This document shows, in pieces, positions 9,681 to 20,008 of a stretch of 64,000 nt of DNA. The notes below the pieces were generated by a model. That model ran no database searches. It worked only from the letters and a program-made list of their open reading frames with translations, and was not told the DNA's origin. How positions within the stretch are numbered: position 1 is the first letter of the stretch; each line of letters starts with the position of its first letter. Position numbers and translations under genes: made by a program. The stretch lies in NCBI GenBank assembly GCA_041664165.1, contig JBAYLH010000002.1, positions 9,665-73,664 of the forward strand. Direction: 5' to 3'. Origin of the DNA: Candidatus Buchananbacteria bacterium (GTDB lineage: Bacteria; Patescibacteriota; Patescibacteriia; Buchananbacterales; UBA6539).

Positions 9681-10139
9681 ATGGGCCGAAATTACATTAC
9701 CCAAAACGGCTTGGAAAAGCTGCGGGAAGAGCTGGAGTATCTAAAAAAGAAAAAAATGCCGGAAGTAATCGAAAGAATCGCCCGCGCCAAAGAGCTGGGT
9801 GATCTCTCGGAAAACGCCGAGTATCAAGATGCCAAAGACGAGCAGGGATTTATCGCCGGCCGGATTGTTGAATTGGAAAATTTAATCAACAAATCCGAAA
9901 TTATCAAAGAAAACGGCAGCAAGGAAATGGTAACGGTCGGTTCGACTATCAAAGTAAAATGTGAAGGTAATCATTATCAATATACGATTGTCGGTTCCAA
10001 TGAAGCGGATCCGACCAAAGGCTTGATTTCCAACGAATCGCCGCTGGGTCGGGCGTTTTTGACCAGAAAATTAGGCGACAAAATTCAAGTAATCGTGCCC
10101 AAAGGGGTAATGGAGTGTGAGATTTTGGAGATTGTCTAA
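9681..10139 (+). CDS. greA: transcription elongation factor GreA
   Basis: N-terminal coiled-coil, C-terminal FKBP-like domain; 152 aa. Confidence 0.9.
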   Translation: MGRNYITQNGLEKLREELEYLKKKKMPEVIERIARAKELGDLSENAEYQDAKDEQGFIAGRIVELENLINKSEIIKENGSKEMVTVGSTIKVKCEGNHYQYTIVGSNEADPTKGLISNESPLGRAFLTRKLGDKIQVIVPKGVMECEILEIV

Positions 10140-10396
10140 AAATCGCTAAAACGCTTCAATTTGTCATTCCGCACCGGTCTATTAATGACAGGCTGATGCG
10201 GAATCCAGAAGTCTTGCCATTAAACTTGATGACTCTCGGTTGGGACTGGGGTAGCTTTATTCGTCGTTCATGGCTATAACGCAATTAATTTTGCGTTTTT
10301 TTCATAATTATTAATTTGATGGCAACCCGACTCAGTCGGCTTAAACGTAAAGTCGGGCGACCAATTTATTGCTCCCAGACCCTGGTTGCGCATAAG

Positions 10397-10425
10397 TTGA
10401 CCAAAGCCCATAATTTTAGTAAAAT
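10397..10425 (+). promoter_or_regulatory. sigma70-type promoter for lysS
   Basis: TTGACC-17 nt-TAAAAT. Confidence 0.5.
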
Positions 10426-10463
10426 AGTGGTATGGTTTTTTAGCCAAAGTAACTATTTTTAAT

Positions 10464-11942
10464 ATGTCAGACCTCAATGACGAGTACAAAAGCCGCTTAG
10501 CCAAACTCGAAAAAATCAAAGCGGCCAAGATTATTCCTTACGCTGAAAAATTTGAAAAAACTCAGTCAGTCGCTGAGATTTTAAAGTTAGGGCTGGGGGC
10601 AAAAGTTAAAACCGCCGGCCGGCTTTTAACTTTACGCGAGATGGGAAAAATTTGTTTTTGCCATTTACTTGACGGTTCCGGCAAAATCCAGCTGGTTTTC
10701 AAACAGGATTTATTGGGTAATGATTTATTTAAGTCATTTGCCAAGCTGTTTGATCCGGCTGATTTCATCGGCGTGGAAGGGGAGCTGTTTAAAACGCAAA
10801 AAGGGGAATTGTCGATTTTAGTCAGCCGGTACGTGATGCTGAGCAAATCGTTGCGGCCGCTGCCGGAAAAATGGCACGGACTCAAAGACCAGGAATTAAA
10901 ATACCGCCAGCGTTATCTGGACTTAATTTCCAATCCTGAAACTTACCAGCGCTTTTTATTCCGCAGCGAATTTATCAAGGCTTTGCGGGAGTTTTATTGG
11001 CAGCAAGGTTTTATCGAAGTGGAAACCCCGATTTTGACCAATACCGCTTCAGGCGCGATTGCCAAACCGTTCAAGACGCATTACAACGCTTTGGATTTGG
11101 ACGTTTACTTGAGAATTGCGCCGGAGACTTATTTGAAGGAATGCCTAGTCGGCGGCTTTGAAAAAGTTTTTGAAATCGGCCGGTGTTTCCGCAACGAAGG
11201 CATGGATCCGTCGCACCTTCAGGATTTTACCATGGCGGAGCATTACGCCGCCTACTGGAATTATGCCGACAATATGAAATTTACCGAAAAGATGCTTTGC
11301 CATTTATTGAAAAAACTTTTGGGCAGTTTGCAGGTTGAAATCAAAAATCGCAGCGGTCAGCCAGTAAAAATTGATTTTACCCCGCCTTATCCGGTTATTA
11401 ATTTTAACGAACTGATAAAAAAATCTTGCGGCATTGACGTTGATAAATTTGACACGGTTGACAAGCTGAAAAAAGAAATTGTCGCCAAAAAAATAGTTAT
11501 CGAAGATATTAATAAATTACAGCTCGGCAATTTAATCGATAATTTGTTCAAAGCCGTCTGCCGCGATAAAATTATCCAGCCGACTTTTATAATTAATCAT
11601 CCGCTCGAGCTTTCGCCTTTGGCGCGGCGTAATGACAAAAATCCAGCCGTGGTTGACCGCTTTCAGCTGGTGATTAATAGCTGGGAAATTGTCAATGCTT
11701 ATTCGGAATTAATTGATCCGATTGACCAAGCTCAGCGCTTTACCCAGCAGGCCAAAGCTAAAGATTTAGGCGACGCTGAAGCCCACGGCAAAGACGATGA
11801 TTATGTTAAAGCCTTGGAACACGGCGCGCCGCCGGTTTCCGGCTTGGGTCTGGGTATCGATCGGATTATTACTTTGTTAACTCAACAAGATAATTTAAGG
11901 GACGTGGTTTTGTTTCCCTTGCTGCGTCCGGATAAAAAATAA
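10464..11942 (+). CDS. lysS: lysyl-tRNA synthetase (class II)
   Basis: OB-fold N-domain plus class II core motifs (FRNEG, GLGIDR). Confidence 0.9.
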   Translation: MSDLNDEYKSRLAKLEKIKAAKIIPYAEKFEKTQSVAEILKLGLGAKVKTAGRLLTLREMGKICFCHLLDGSGKIQLVFKQDLLGNDLFKSFAKLFDPADFIGVEGELFKTQKGELSILVSRYVMLSKSLRPLPEKWHGLKDQELKYRQRYLDLISNPETYQRFLFRSEFIKALREFYWQQGFIEVETPILTNTASGAIAKPFKTHYNALDLDVYLRIAPETYLKECLVGGFEKVFEIGRCFRNEGMDPSHLQDFTMAEHYAAYWNYADNMKFTEKMLCHLLKKLLGSLQVEIKNRSGQPVKIDFTPPYPVINFNELIKKSCGIDVDKFDTVDKLKKEIVAKKIVIEDINKLQLGNLIDNLFKAVCRDKIIQPTFIINHPLELSPLARRNDKNPAVVDRFQLVINSWEIVNAYSELIDPIDQAQRFTQQAKAKDLGDAEAHGKDDDYVKALEHGAPPVSGLGLGIDRIITLLTQQDNLRDVVLFPLLRPDKK

Positions 11943-11947
11943 AAACT

Positions 11948-12403
11948 ATGATGCTAACAACGGGTCAAATTATTTTTCGTTTACTTTTGTCTGCCGTCCT
12001 AACCGGTTTAATCGGTTTGGAGCGGGAATACCGCCATAAGCCGGCCGGTTTGCGGACTAATATTTTAGTCGGGGTCGGTTCAACTTTGGTGATGCTGATG
12101 TCAATTTACGTCGCTAGTTTAGATAACGGCGATCCGACCAGAATTGCGGCCGGGGTTTTGACCGGCATCGGTTTTTTGGGTGCCGGCGTGATTATCCGGG
12201 GCCAGGGTCAGAAAGAAGACGAAGAGATGGTTCACGGCATTACCACGGCCGCGACCATTTGGGTGATTTCCGCGATTGGCTTGGCGATTGGTTTGGGTTT
12301 TTATTTTGCCGCGATTTTTACGACCCTGATTTCTTTGTCAGTTCTATACGGTTTAAATAGCGACCGGATCAGGGATAAAATGGAAACGAAAAAAAATAAT
12401 TAA
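11948..12403 (+). CDS. MgtC/SapB family membrane protein
   Basis: LIGLEREYRHKPAGLRT motif typical of MgtC family. Confidence 0.75.
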   Translation: MMLTTGQIIFRLLLSAVLTGLIGLEREYRHKPAGLRTNILVGVGSTLVMLMSIYVASLDNGDPTRIAAGVLTGIGFLGAGVIIRGQGQKEDEEMVHGITTAATIWVISAIGLAIGLGFYFAAIFTTLISLSVLYGLNSDRIRDKMETKKNN

Positions 12404-12410
12404 TGATGAT

Positions 12411-12974
12411 ATGAAACATGATAAAGCCCTGGAACTTTTGCAGCAGCACGTGAAAAATCAGGCGAATTTGAATCACAGCCGCGAGGCCGAAGTCATTATG
12501 GCGGCTTTGGCGCGCCATTTCGGCGAAGCGGAGGAATACTGGGGAAATTTGGGGCTACTGCATGATATTGACTGGGAATACGGCGAAAGCACTCATTGCC
12601 ATAAATGCCGGGAAATTTTACAAAAATCCGGGTTTGATGATGATTTCATTGAAACAATAGTTTCTCACGGCTATGGTTTTGCGGCTTTGGGCGACTTGGC
12701 CGATAAAGCCAGGGAAAGTAAAATCCAGCATTTATTGGCGGCGGCGGAAACGATTACCGGTTTGATTTATGCCACCGCTTTGGTTCGGCCGGATAAAAAA
12801 TTAGCCGCCGTCGAAGTCAGCTCGGTTAAAAAGAAAATGAAGGATAAATCTTTTGCCGCCAATGTTAATCGGGAAATAATTAAGGAATGCGAGCTGGCCG
12901 GAATCGGTTTGGACGATTTTATCGAATTAAGCTTGAAAGCCGTCAAAGAAATCGCCGCCGAGGTTGGGATTTAG
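12411..12974 (+). CDS. HD-domain phosphohydrolase
   Basis: H..HD metal-binding motif (LLHDIDWE). Confidence 0.6.
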   Translation: MKHDKALELLQQHVKNQANLNHSREAEVIMAALARHFGEAEEYWGNLGLLHDIDWEYGESTHCHKCREILQKSGFDDDFIETIVSHGYGFAALGDLADKARESKIQHLLAAAETITGLIYATALVRPDKKLAAVEVSSVKKKMKDKSFAANVNREIIKECELAGIGLDDFIELSLKAVKEIAAEVGI

Positions 12975-12979
12975 CGAAT

Positions 12980-13396
12980 ATGAAAAAAGTCATGGTTTTT
13001 GGTACTTTCGACGGTTTGCACGCTGGGCATTTAAATTTTTTTCAGCAGGCCAAAACTCAAGGTGATTATTTAATAATTATTGTTGCCCGCAATAGCAATG
13101 TTAAGAAAATTAAAGGCCATTTGCCGAAATTGGATGAGAAAAAAAGGCTAGTTAACGTCAAGGCGGCGGGAATAGGGGATAAAGTCATTTTAGGCGAAAT
13201 TAAAAATCCTTACGCCGTGATTAAAAAATTTAAGCCGGAAATTATTTGTCTCGGCTATGACCAGAATAGCTTTTGCCAAAATTTGAAGAGTAGTTTTTCA
13301 AAAGTTAAAGTTACCAGGTTGAAATCTTATAAACCGACTATCTACAAATCATCAAAAATGAATCAGGAATTAAGAATTATGAATCATGGTCGCTGA
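12980..13396 (+). CDS. cytidylyl/adenylyltransferase-like protein (FAD synthetase RibL / CTP-transferase-like fold)
   Basis: GTFDGLHAGH nucleotidyltransferase HxGH motif. Confidence 0.65.
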   Translation: MKKVMVFGTFDGLHAGHLNFFQQAKTQGDYLIIIVARNSNVKKIKGHLPKLDEKKRLVNVKAAGIGDKVILGEIKNPYAVIKKFKPEIICLGYDQNSFCQNLKSSFSKVKVTRLKSYKPTIYKSSKMNQELRIMNHGR

Positions 13397-13406
13397 AATC
13401 AAGCTG

Positions 13407-13441
13407 CCTAATAACCTAAAACCTAACTTCCTAATTTCTAA
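13407..13441. repeat. CCTAA-period microrepeat (stop codons in all frames)
   Basis: cctaataacctaaaacctaacttcctaatttctaa between nucleotidyltransferase gene and serS. Confidence 0.6.
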
Positions 13442-13444
13442 AGT

Positions 13445-14692
13445 ATGTTAGACATCAATAAAATTAGAACCGAAAAAGAAGCCGTCAAAATGGCGCTGGC
13501 CAAAAGAATGGCCGTTGATACCATTGATTTTGAGGCGATTTTAAAACTCGACGATGAAAGAAAAAAACTACTGCAGCAGGTGGAAAATTTGAAAGCGGAA
13601 CGGAACAAATATTCCAAGACCAAACCCGACCCGGAAATTATCAGTCAAATGAAAGCGACCGGCGAAGAAATCAAAAAACTTGATGAAGAAGTCAAAACAG
13701 TTGAAAATGAGCTTAACCAAAAATTGGCCGAGCTGCCTAATCTGCCGGCCGATGACGTCGTTTCCGGCGGCAAAGAAAATAATCAGGTGATTAAGACTTT
13801 CGGTAAAAAACCGGAATTCAAATTTGAGCCCAAAGATCATGTCCAGTTGGCGACCGAACTCGGCTTGATTGATTACGAGCGGGGAGTCAAAATTGCCGGC
13901 AACGGTTTTTGGGTTTATAAAGGAGCCGGGGCATTGCTTGAATGGGCATTATTAAGTTATTTTATCGATTTTCACCAAAAAAATAATTATGTTTTTATGA
14001 TCCCGCCGTTTTTGCTGACGGAACAGTCCGCTTATACTTCCGGCCATTTGCTGAAATTCCGCGATGATTTGTTTTGGACGCAGGATAAGCTTTGTTTAAA
14101 TGCCACTTCCGAAATGATGCTGGGCAATTATCATCGCGATGAAATTTTAACGGCAGCGGAATTGCCGCTTAAATATTGCGCTTACTCGGCTTGTTTCCGC
14201 CGGGAAGCCGGCAGCTACCGCAAAGAAGAGCGGGGGATGATTCGGGGGCATCAATTCAATAAAATTGAAATGTTTCATTATACCAAGCCGGATCAGTCTT
14301 GGAATTCGTTTAAAGAGCTAGTGGCTAACGCCGAAAAATTAGTCGAGGGTTTGGGTTTGCACTATCAATCAGTCCAGCTGGCCGCCGGCGATGCTTCGGC
14401 CGCGATGGCTAAAACGATTGACATTGAAGTTTGGATTCCCAGTATGGGAATTTATAAGGAAGTCAGCAGTGTTTCCAATGCCTTAGATTACCAAGCCCGG
14501 CGCGGCAATGTCCGTTTTAAAAGCCAGGCCGGCGGTAAAAATGAATTTGTCCATACGCTGAATGCTTCGGGTTTGGCCACGAGCCGGCTGTTACCGGCAA
14601 TTTTGGAACAGTTTCAGGATAAAGCGGGCAATGTTAAAATTCCAAAAGTGTTGAAAAAATATTGCGGATTTGATGTAATAAAGAGCAAGTAG
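13445..14692 (+). CDS. serS: seryl-tRNA synthetase
   Basis: N-terminal coiled-coil arm and class II core. Confidence 0.9.
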   Translation: MLDINKIRTEKEAVKMALAKRMAVDTIDFEAILKLDDERKKLLQQVENLKAERNKYSKTKPDPEIISQMKATGEEIKKLDEEVKTVENELNQKLAELPNLPADDVVSGGKENNQVIKTFGKKPEFKFEPKDHVQLATELGLIDYERGVKIAGNGFWVYKGAGALLEWALLSYFIDFHQKNNYVFMIPPFLLTEQSAYTSGHLLKFRDDLFWTQDKLCLNATSEMMLGNYHRDEILTAAELPLKYCAYSACFRREAGSYRKEERGMIRGHQFNKIEMFHYTKPDQSWNSFKELVANAEKLVEGLGLHYQSVQLAAGDASAAMAKTIDIEVWIPSMGIYKEVSSVSNALDYQARRGNVRFKSQAGGKNEFVHTLNASGLATSRLLPAILEQFQDKAGNVKIPKVLKKYCGFDVIKSK

Positions 14693-14768
14693 AAAGGTAA
14701 AGCTGAGAGTCCATAATTGTGTCCCGCAGCTGCAAAAATTAATTAAACTAATTTATAACTTTGAAAAT

Positions 14769-15902
14769 ATGAAAAGAATAATTTCAATTTTTACTTTAGC
14801 TATTGCAGTTAGCGCGATTATTGTTTTGAGTGCCGCTGAAACAAATGCCGCGACAAAATACGCGGATGGTGTGTTTATCAGGGCTGCTAGCGGAAAAATT
14901 TATTTAATTAAAGAGCAGAAGAAATTTTATATCAGTTCGCCGGCAGAGCTAGGGTTGTATGGCAAGATCAAATTGTACAATGTAAGTGACGGAGTAATTG
15001 ATAGCTTCGCCAACTATACAAGTTCGATAGTCGGTAATAATGCCAGATCATTTTTGAAAAGTCCAGATGGCAAAATTTATTTAGTTGAGAATCAAAAAAA
15101 GCGTCACATTACCACGCTGACAGAATTAAAATCATTTGGGTTTATTAAGCTTGTCAACGCAACTTATGAAACAATAAACGCTTATCCTGATCTGACGCAA
15201 TCGGATTATACAGACGGATCCCTGCTAAGACTTGATAGTGGAAAAATTTATCTATTAGATAATGGAAATGTTCGATATATTAGTTCCATTGCTGAATTGA
15301 AACAATTAGGGCTAAAAAAAATGTATAATGTCACGTTAGATGTCTTGAATAAATATCAAGTTAGTGTTTGCGATTCCGCCACTCACCGCGAAGGTAATGT
15401 CTGTGTTGCTGATTCTAAGCCGTGTTCAGTAGGTAATGGAGCCGGTTATCAAAATTGGAGCTCAGATGGGTGGTCTAATTGCGTGGCGAGTACTTGCAAC
15501 AGCGGATATCAGGTAAAAGACGGTTTGTGTGCCGCTAGTACATGTGATTCCGATAAGCATTTAGAAAATGGAATATGTAAGGATAATTATGAGGTCTGCA
15601 TAATTAGCAATGGAACAGGACATCGGATTTGGGATTTCATAAATTGGACCGGTTGCGAAGTTGATAGTTGCAATAGCGGCTATTATGAAAAAAATTTCTC
15701 ATGTGTTCCCAATGTATGCAGTTCAGATCAACATTTAGAAAACGGAGTCTGCGTAATTGATGTTACTCCCTGTACTGTCGCGAATGGATACGGTGTTAAA
15801 TCTTGGAGTGATACCGCTAATCAATGGAGTAGCTGTAATGCTTCTAGCTGTTTTAGCGGGTATAACCAGGTTCAGCAAAACGGCGTTTGGGTTTGTAGGT
15901 AA
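14769..15902 (+). CDS. secreted protein with N-terminal ~40-aa G-K-I-Y-L repeats and Cys-rich C-terminal repeats
   Basis: Signal peptide; three SGKIYLI...G repeats; repeated C..NSGY..C modules. Confidence 0.6.
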   Translation: MKRIISIFTLAIAVSAIIVLSAAETNAATKYADGVFIRAASGKIYLIKEQKKFYISSPAELGLYGKIKLYNVSDGVIDSFANYTSSIVGNNARSFLKSPDGKIYLVENQKKRHITTLTELKSFGFIKLVNATYETINAYPDLTQSDYTDGSLLRLDSGKIYLLDNGNVRYISSIAELKQLGLKKMYNVTLDVLNKYQVSVCDSATHREGNVCVADSKPCSVGNGAGYQNWSSDGWSNCVASTCNSGYQVKDGLCAASTCDSDKHLENGICKDNYEVCIISNGTGHRIWDFINWTGCEVDSCNSGYYEKNFSCVPNVCSSDQHLENGVCVIDVTPCTVANGYGVKSWSDTANQWSSCNASSCFSGYNQVQQNGVWVCR

Positions 15903-15922
15903 AAAAGCTTAATTAAGTTTAA

Positions 15923-17038
15923 ATGTATAATTCCTGGCTAGAAATATCCAAATCAGCGATTTTGCATAACTTAGCCCAATATCAGCGGATTGTCGGTAAA
16001 ACTGTTGAGATTATGCCGATTGTCAAAAGCAACGCCTATGGCCATGGTCTAGTTGAAGTAGCCAAAATTGTCAGTCCGAAAGTAAAATGGCTTGGTGTTG
16101 TCAGCCTGGGCGAAGCCTTAAATTTGCGGCAAAATGGCATTAAAAATAAGATTTTTGTTTTAAGTTACGCTCAAAGCCGCTATTTAGAACCAGGGATAAA
16201 ACAGAATATCGAACTGCCGGTTTATGATTTGGCTTATGCAAAATTAATATCGCAAAAGGCAGCGAGGCTGAGAAAAACTGCCTTGATTCACGTTAAAATT
16301 GATACGGGAGCTTCAAGAGTCGGAGTTTTAGCCGCTGACGCAATAGAGTTTATTCTAGAATTGGCTAAATTGCCGAATTTAAAAATTAACGGCATCTACA
16401 GCCATTTTGCCGCGGCCGAAGAAAATCAAAAATATTCAAAGTTTCAGTTGGACAAGTTTAATAAGATATTAGCAGAATTGAGTCGGTTTAAAATTTGCAT
16501 TCCTTATCGGCATTTTGTTTGTAGTGCGGCGACTTTAACTGAAGACAAAGCTTATTTTAATCTAATTCGTTTAGGTTTAGGTCTTTATGGCTTATGGCCT
16601 TCAAAGCAGACCCAAAAAATCGCTCAAAAAAAGTATCCTTGGTTAAAATTAATTCCGGCGCTGGCTTGGAAAACCAAAGTAATTCAGGTTAAGGAAGTTC
16701 CGGCTGGCACTTACGTGGGATATGGTTGTACCTTTAAGACTAAAAAGAAAACTAAATTAGCCGTTTTAGCGGTTGGCTATTGGGAAGGCTATGACCGGCA
16801 TTTGTCTAATATTGGCGAAGTGATAATTAAAAATAAAAAATGCCCGGTTATCGGGCGAGTCTGTATGAACTTGACGATGGTTGATGTTAGTTTAGTTAAA
16901 GATGTCAAAGCCGACGATGAGGTAACGCTTTTAGGTGGGGGAGTAACAGCTGACGAATTGGCAGATAAAATTGGCACAATTAATTACGAAGTCGTGACCA
17001 GGGTTAATCCGCTTTTACCGAGATTTTATCTAAAATAA
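15923..17038 (+). CDS. alr: alanine racemase
   Basis: PLP-binding VKSNAYGHG motif near N-terminus. Confidence 0.85.
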   Translation: MYNSWLEISKSAILHNLAQYQRIVGKTVEIMPIVKSNAYGHGLVEVAKIVSPKVKWLGVVSLGEALNLRQNGIKNKIFVLSYAQSRYLEPGIKQNIELPVYDLAYAKLISQKAARLRKTALIHVKIDTGASRVGVLAADAIEFILELAKLPNLKINGIYSHFAAAEENQKYSKFQLDKFNKILAELSRFKICIPYRHFVCSAATLTEDKAYFNLIRLGLGLYGLWPSKQTQKIAQKKYPWLKLIPALAWKTKVIQVKEVPAGTYVGYGCTFKTKKKTKLAVLAVGYWEGYDRHLSNIGEVIIKNKKCPVIGRVCMNLTMVDVSLVKDVKADDEVTLLGGGVTADELADKIGTINYEVVTRVNPLLPRFYLK

Positions 17039-17041
17039 TAT

Positions 17042-18187
17042 ATGGCGAAAAAGAAACTAAAAATTGGCGTAATTTTCGGCGGCCGGTCGGGCGAGCACGA
17101 AGTTTCAATCGTTTCGGCTCAGTCAGTGATTAAGGCTTTGGATAAGGCTAAATACGAAGTTATCCCGATCGGCATTACCAAGGAAGGCAGCTGGGTAGCC
17201 GGATCCGAAGCCGTAAAGTTTCTCAAGGCCGGTATTGAAAAATTACCTTTTAAATCGGTCTTAATGCCGGATCCGACCGAAAAAGGTTTAATTTCGGTTA
17301 AAGAAAAAAAATTAGCGCCGGCAATTGGCGCCAAAAATATTGCCACTAAATTAGACGTGATTTTTCCGGTTTTGCATGGCACTTTTGGCGAAGACGGCAC
17401 GACTCAGGGTTTACTGGAGCTAGCCAATCTGCCGTATGTCGGAGCCGGTGTTTTAGGTTCGGCTTTGGGTATGGATAAAATTGTGCAAAAGCAGTTATTT
17501 GCTCAGGCCGGTTTAGGCATCGTTGATTACGATTGGTTTTCAAATAGCGAGTGGCGCTTTAACCAGCCAAAAATTTTAGCCCGGCTTAAAAAAAAGTTAA
17601 AATACCCGATGTTTACCAAGCCAGCTAATTCCGGGTCAAGCGTTGGGATTAACAAATGCCATGATCGCCGGGAATTAATTTTAGGAATTAAGGATGCGAT
17701 TTTGTATGACCGAAAAGTAATCGTTGAGCAGGGGATTGAAGACCTTTGCGAAATTGAAGTGGCAGTTTTAGGCAATGACAATCCAAAAGCTTCAGTTTGC
17801 GGCGAGATTGTCGCTTCCAACGAATTTTACGATTATGACGCTAAATACGTTGACGGCAAGTCAAAAGCGATAATTCCCGCCAGCTTGCCGGCCAAAGTGG
17901 CCAAACAAATTCAAGCCATTGCTGTTACCGCCTTTAAAACGCTGGATTTATCAGGCATGGCTCGGGTTGACTTTTTGGTCACCAAAAAACGCCACCGGAT
18001 TTATCTTAATGAAGTTAATACGATTCCCGGCTTTACCTCTTTTTCGATGTATCCCAAGCTTTGGCAGGCTTCGGGTTTGTCATATCAAGTTTTATTGGAT
18101 CGGCTGATTAATTTAGCGCTTCAACGGCACCGGGAGAAAAATAGTCTAGCCACGTCGTATCAGCCAAAACAAGATTGGTATAAATAA
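17042..18187 (+). CDS. ddl: D-alanine--D-alanine ligase
   Basis: ATP-grasp fold, GEDG, LPAKV motifs. Confidence 0.9.
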   Translation: MAKKKLKIGVIFGGRSGEHEVSIVSAQSVIKALDKAKYEVIPIGITKEGSWVAGSEAVKFLKAGIEKLPFKSVLMPDPTEKGLISVKEKKLAPAIGAKNIATKLDVIFPVLHGTFGEDGTTQGLLELANLPYVGAGVLGSALGMDKIVQKQLFAQAGLGIVDYDWFSNSEWRFNQPKILARLKKKLKYPMFTKPANSGSSVGINKCHDRRELILGIKDAILYDRKVIVEQGIEDLCEIEVAVLGNDNPKASVCGEIVASNEFYDYDAKYVDGKSKAIIPASLPAKVAKQIQAIAVTAFKTLDLSGMARVDFLVTKKRHRIYLNEVNTIPGFTSFSMYPKLWQASGLSYQVLLDRLINLALQRHREKNSLATSYQPKQDWYK

Positions 18188-18190
18188 ATT

Positions 18191-19054
18191 ATGCGTCATA
18201 AAAGAGATTATCAAAGGAACAATTTTAAAAACCCTTTTTTCCCAAAAAATAAAAATCAGAAAAAAAAATTTGGTTTTAAATCCGTTTTTTTTCTTATTTT
18301 TATTGTCGTAATCCTGTTTGCGATTGCCAGTAATGTCAGCCGGCTGCAGATAAAAGAGATTAAGGTTTTTGGCAATGAATATATCAGTCAAGTCGAAATA
18401 AAAGGAGTCATCGCCACTCAGCTGGCCAAAAAACGCTTTTTCTTTTTCAGCCAAAATAATATTTTGTTTTTCAGCCGGCGCCAGGCCGCCAAAGAGCTTC
18501 AAAAAAAATATCTTTTTGAACAGCTCAAAATTAAAAAACAATATTTTGACACCATTGTCATTACGCTCAAAGAAAAAACTTCCGGCTTGATTTGGTTAAC
18601 CGGTAGCAGCCAGTATTACTTGGATTTAACCGGCAAAGTTATTAGAAAAATTGAAAATGACAATTTAGTCGTTGCCGCCGGCGCCGGGACAACTCAAGTC
18701 ATCCGCCAGCCAGCCAGCATTGGCAATTATCCGTTAGTTGCCGATGAAAGCAACCAGCCGATTGAACCCGGCCAGCAAGTGCTTAATCAGTCATTAGTTG
18801 ATTTCGTTATTAGTTTAAACCAGAAATTAAAAGATAATGCCGGTTTTGAAGTTTTGAGTTATGGCTTAGTCAGCTCAAGTGCCAAAGAGATTAAAATGAT
18901 AACTAGGCAAGGCTGGGAAGTTTATTTCAATACGACTGAAGCCGCCCAAAAACAAGCTGATCGGCTGTCTCTGGTTTTGAATGAAAAAGTTAAAGACCGA
19001 AGCAAACTCAAGTATATTGATTTGAGATACGGCGATAAAGTTTTTTTGAATTAG
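18191..19054 (+). CDS. ftsQ: cell division protein FtsQ/DivIB-like (POTRA)
   Basis: Single TM followed by POTRA-like segment; follows ddl as in dcw clusters. Confidence 0.6.
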   Translation: MRHKRDYQRNNFKNPFFPKNKNQKKKFGFKSVFFLIFIVVILFAIASNVSRLQIKEIKVFGNEYISQVEIKGVIATQLAKKRFFFFSQNNILFFSRRQAAKELQKKYLFEQLKIKKQYFDTIVITLKEKTSGLIWLTGSSQYYLDLTGKVIRKIENDNLVVAAGAGTTQVIRQPASIGNYPLVADESNQPIEPGQQVLNQSLVDFVISLNQKLKDNAGFEVLSYGLVSSSAKEIKMITRQGWEVYFNTTEAAQKQADRLSLVLNEKVKDRSKLKYIDLRYGDKVFLN

Positions 19055-19187
19055 TTTTTTTGTTTTCAGCATCAAAACAAATATGATGCGTCGCAAAATA
19101 TTTAGAGTAGGCGATAGGGGCAGCTTAAAGTAGAGGAGAGCAAAATTTAATCTCAACCAGGGTTTGGTGAGATTAAGAAATAATATC

Positions 19188-19212
19188 AAGTGCCTCAAAA
19201 GGGCACTTTTTG
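19188..19212 (+). terminator. rho-independent terminator candidate
   Basis: GTGCC-tcaaaag-GGCAC hairpin followed by T-run. Confidence 0.5.
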
Positions 19213-19592
19213 CGATATTAGTGCTAGGTTCGGATTCTAATCAATTGGGTAAATTTATTTCAAAATTTGTCTATTTTGGTATGACGATATTCTACGGGAT
19301 AATTATTTGTAAATTTTAGTTTCAGTTAGCTTAATTTTTTTAATCCGCCAAGGTTGCTAAGGTCTAAATTAGGTAGTTTTATCAGCCAGTATGCCAAATT
19401 GGTCAACTTAGAGCTTTACTATAGCTTTAGTTAAATCATGGGTCCTATGTGTCGTTTAAGGTATATTGTGCGACTCTAGATTACTCAGTTTGTTAATACT
19501 ATTGTGCTATCCCCCTTGATTTGGTGAAGTTATGAATCCGGGATTTTTTTAGTGGTTATGTAATATATTTAATCAAAACTCGTCTTAATTAT

Positions 19593-19620
19593 TGACAGAA
19601 TTATTTTTAAATTATAAAAT
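19593..19620 (+). promoter_or_regulatory. sigma70-type promoter
   Basis: TTGACA-16 nt-TAAAAT. Confidence 0.45.
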
Positions 19621-19654
19621 ATTAAGCCGTCCTTTGAAATCGTTGTTAATTGCC

Positions 19655-19695
19655 CTTCCCTACCTGCCGGTATAACCTGTTTTACCTGCAGCTAA
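19655..19695 (+). promoter_or_regulatory. 5' UTR hairpin sequestering the Shine-Dalgarno
   Basis: AATTGCCCTTCC pairs with GGAGGGCAATT, which contains the AGGAGG SD. Confidence 0.35.
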
Positions 19696-19783
19696 AGGAG
19701 GGCAATTTGCGAGAAATAACTTGCATGAGCCAGAATCGTCACCTGGTTTGTTAGCCTCTCCGCTAATTATTAAGCTCAAACGT

Positions 19784-19945
19784 ATGTTGAAGGCTTTGTC
19801 GGGAGCGCTAACTCTGGCGCTGACTCTAATTGTGCTTAAGTTATTTCTCCCCGAGGTTGCCGCCGGACTGATTGAATTGACTGTAAAAGTCATTCACGTG
19901 CTGAATGTTTCAGTCGATCAGGCTTCGGCCAACCTTCCCCAATAG
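19784..19945 (+). CDS. small helical/hydrophobic peptide (53 aa)
   Basis: ATG after SD region; strong terminator directly downstream; alternative TTG start at 19721. Confidence 0.35.
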   Translation: MLKALSGALTLALTLIVLKLFLPEVAAGLIELTVKVIHVLNVSVDQASANLPQ

Positions 19946-19950
19946 CAATA

Positions 19951-19988
19951 AAGGCTCGGCGGTTTTTTCCTCCGAGCCTTTTCTTTTT
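19951..19988 (+). terminator. rho-independent terminator
   Basis: AAGGCTCGG...CCGAGCCTT 9-bp stem followed by TTCTTTTT. Confidence 0.6.
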
Positions 19989-20008
19989 ATCTATAGTTAT
20001 GAAGAATT

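Noticed and set aside
10274-10528. 84-aa minus-strand ORF across lysS promoter/start
   Set aside because: Overlaps a consensus promoter and the lysS start; no SD; likely spurious.
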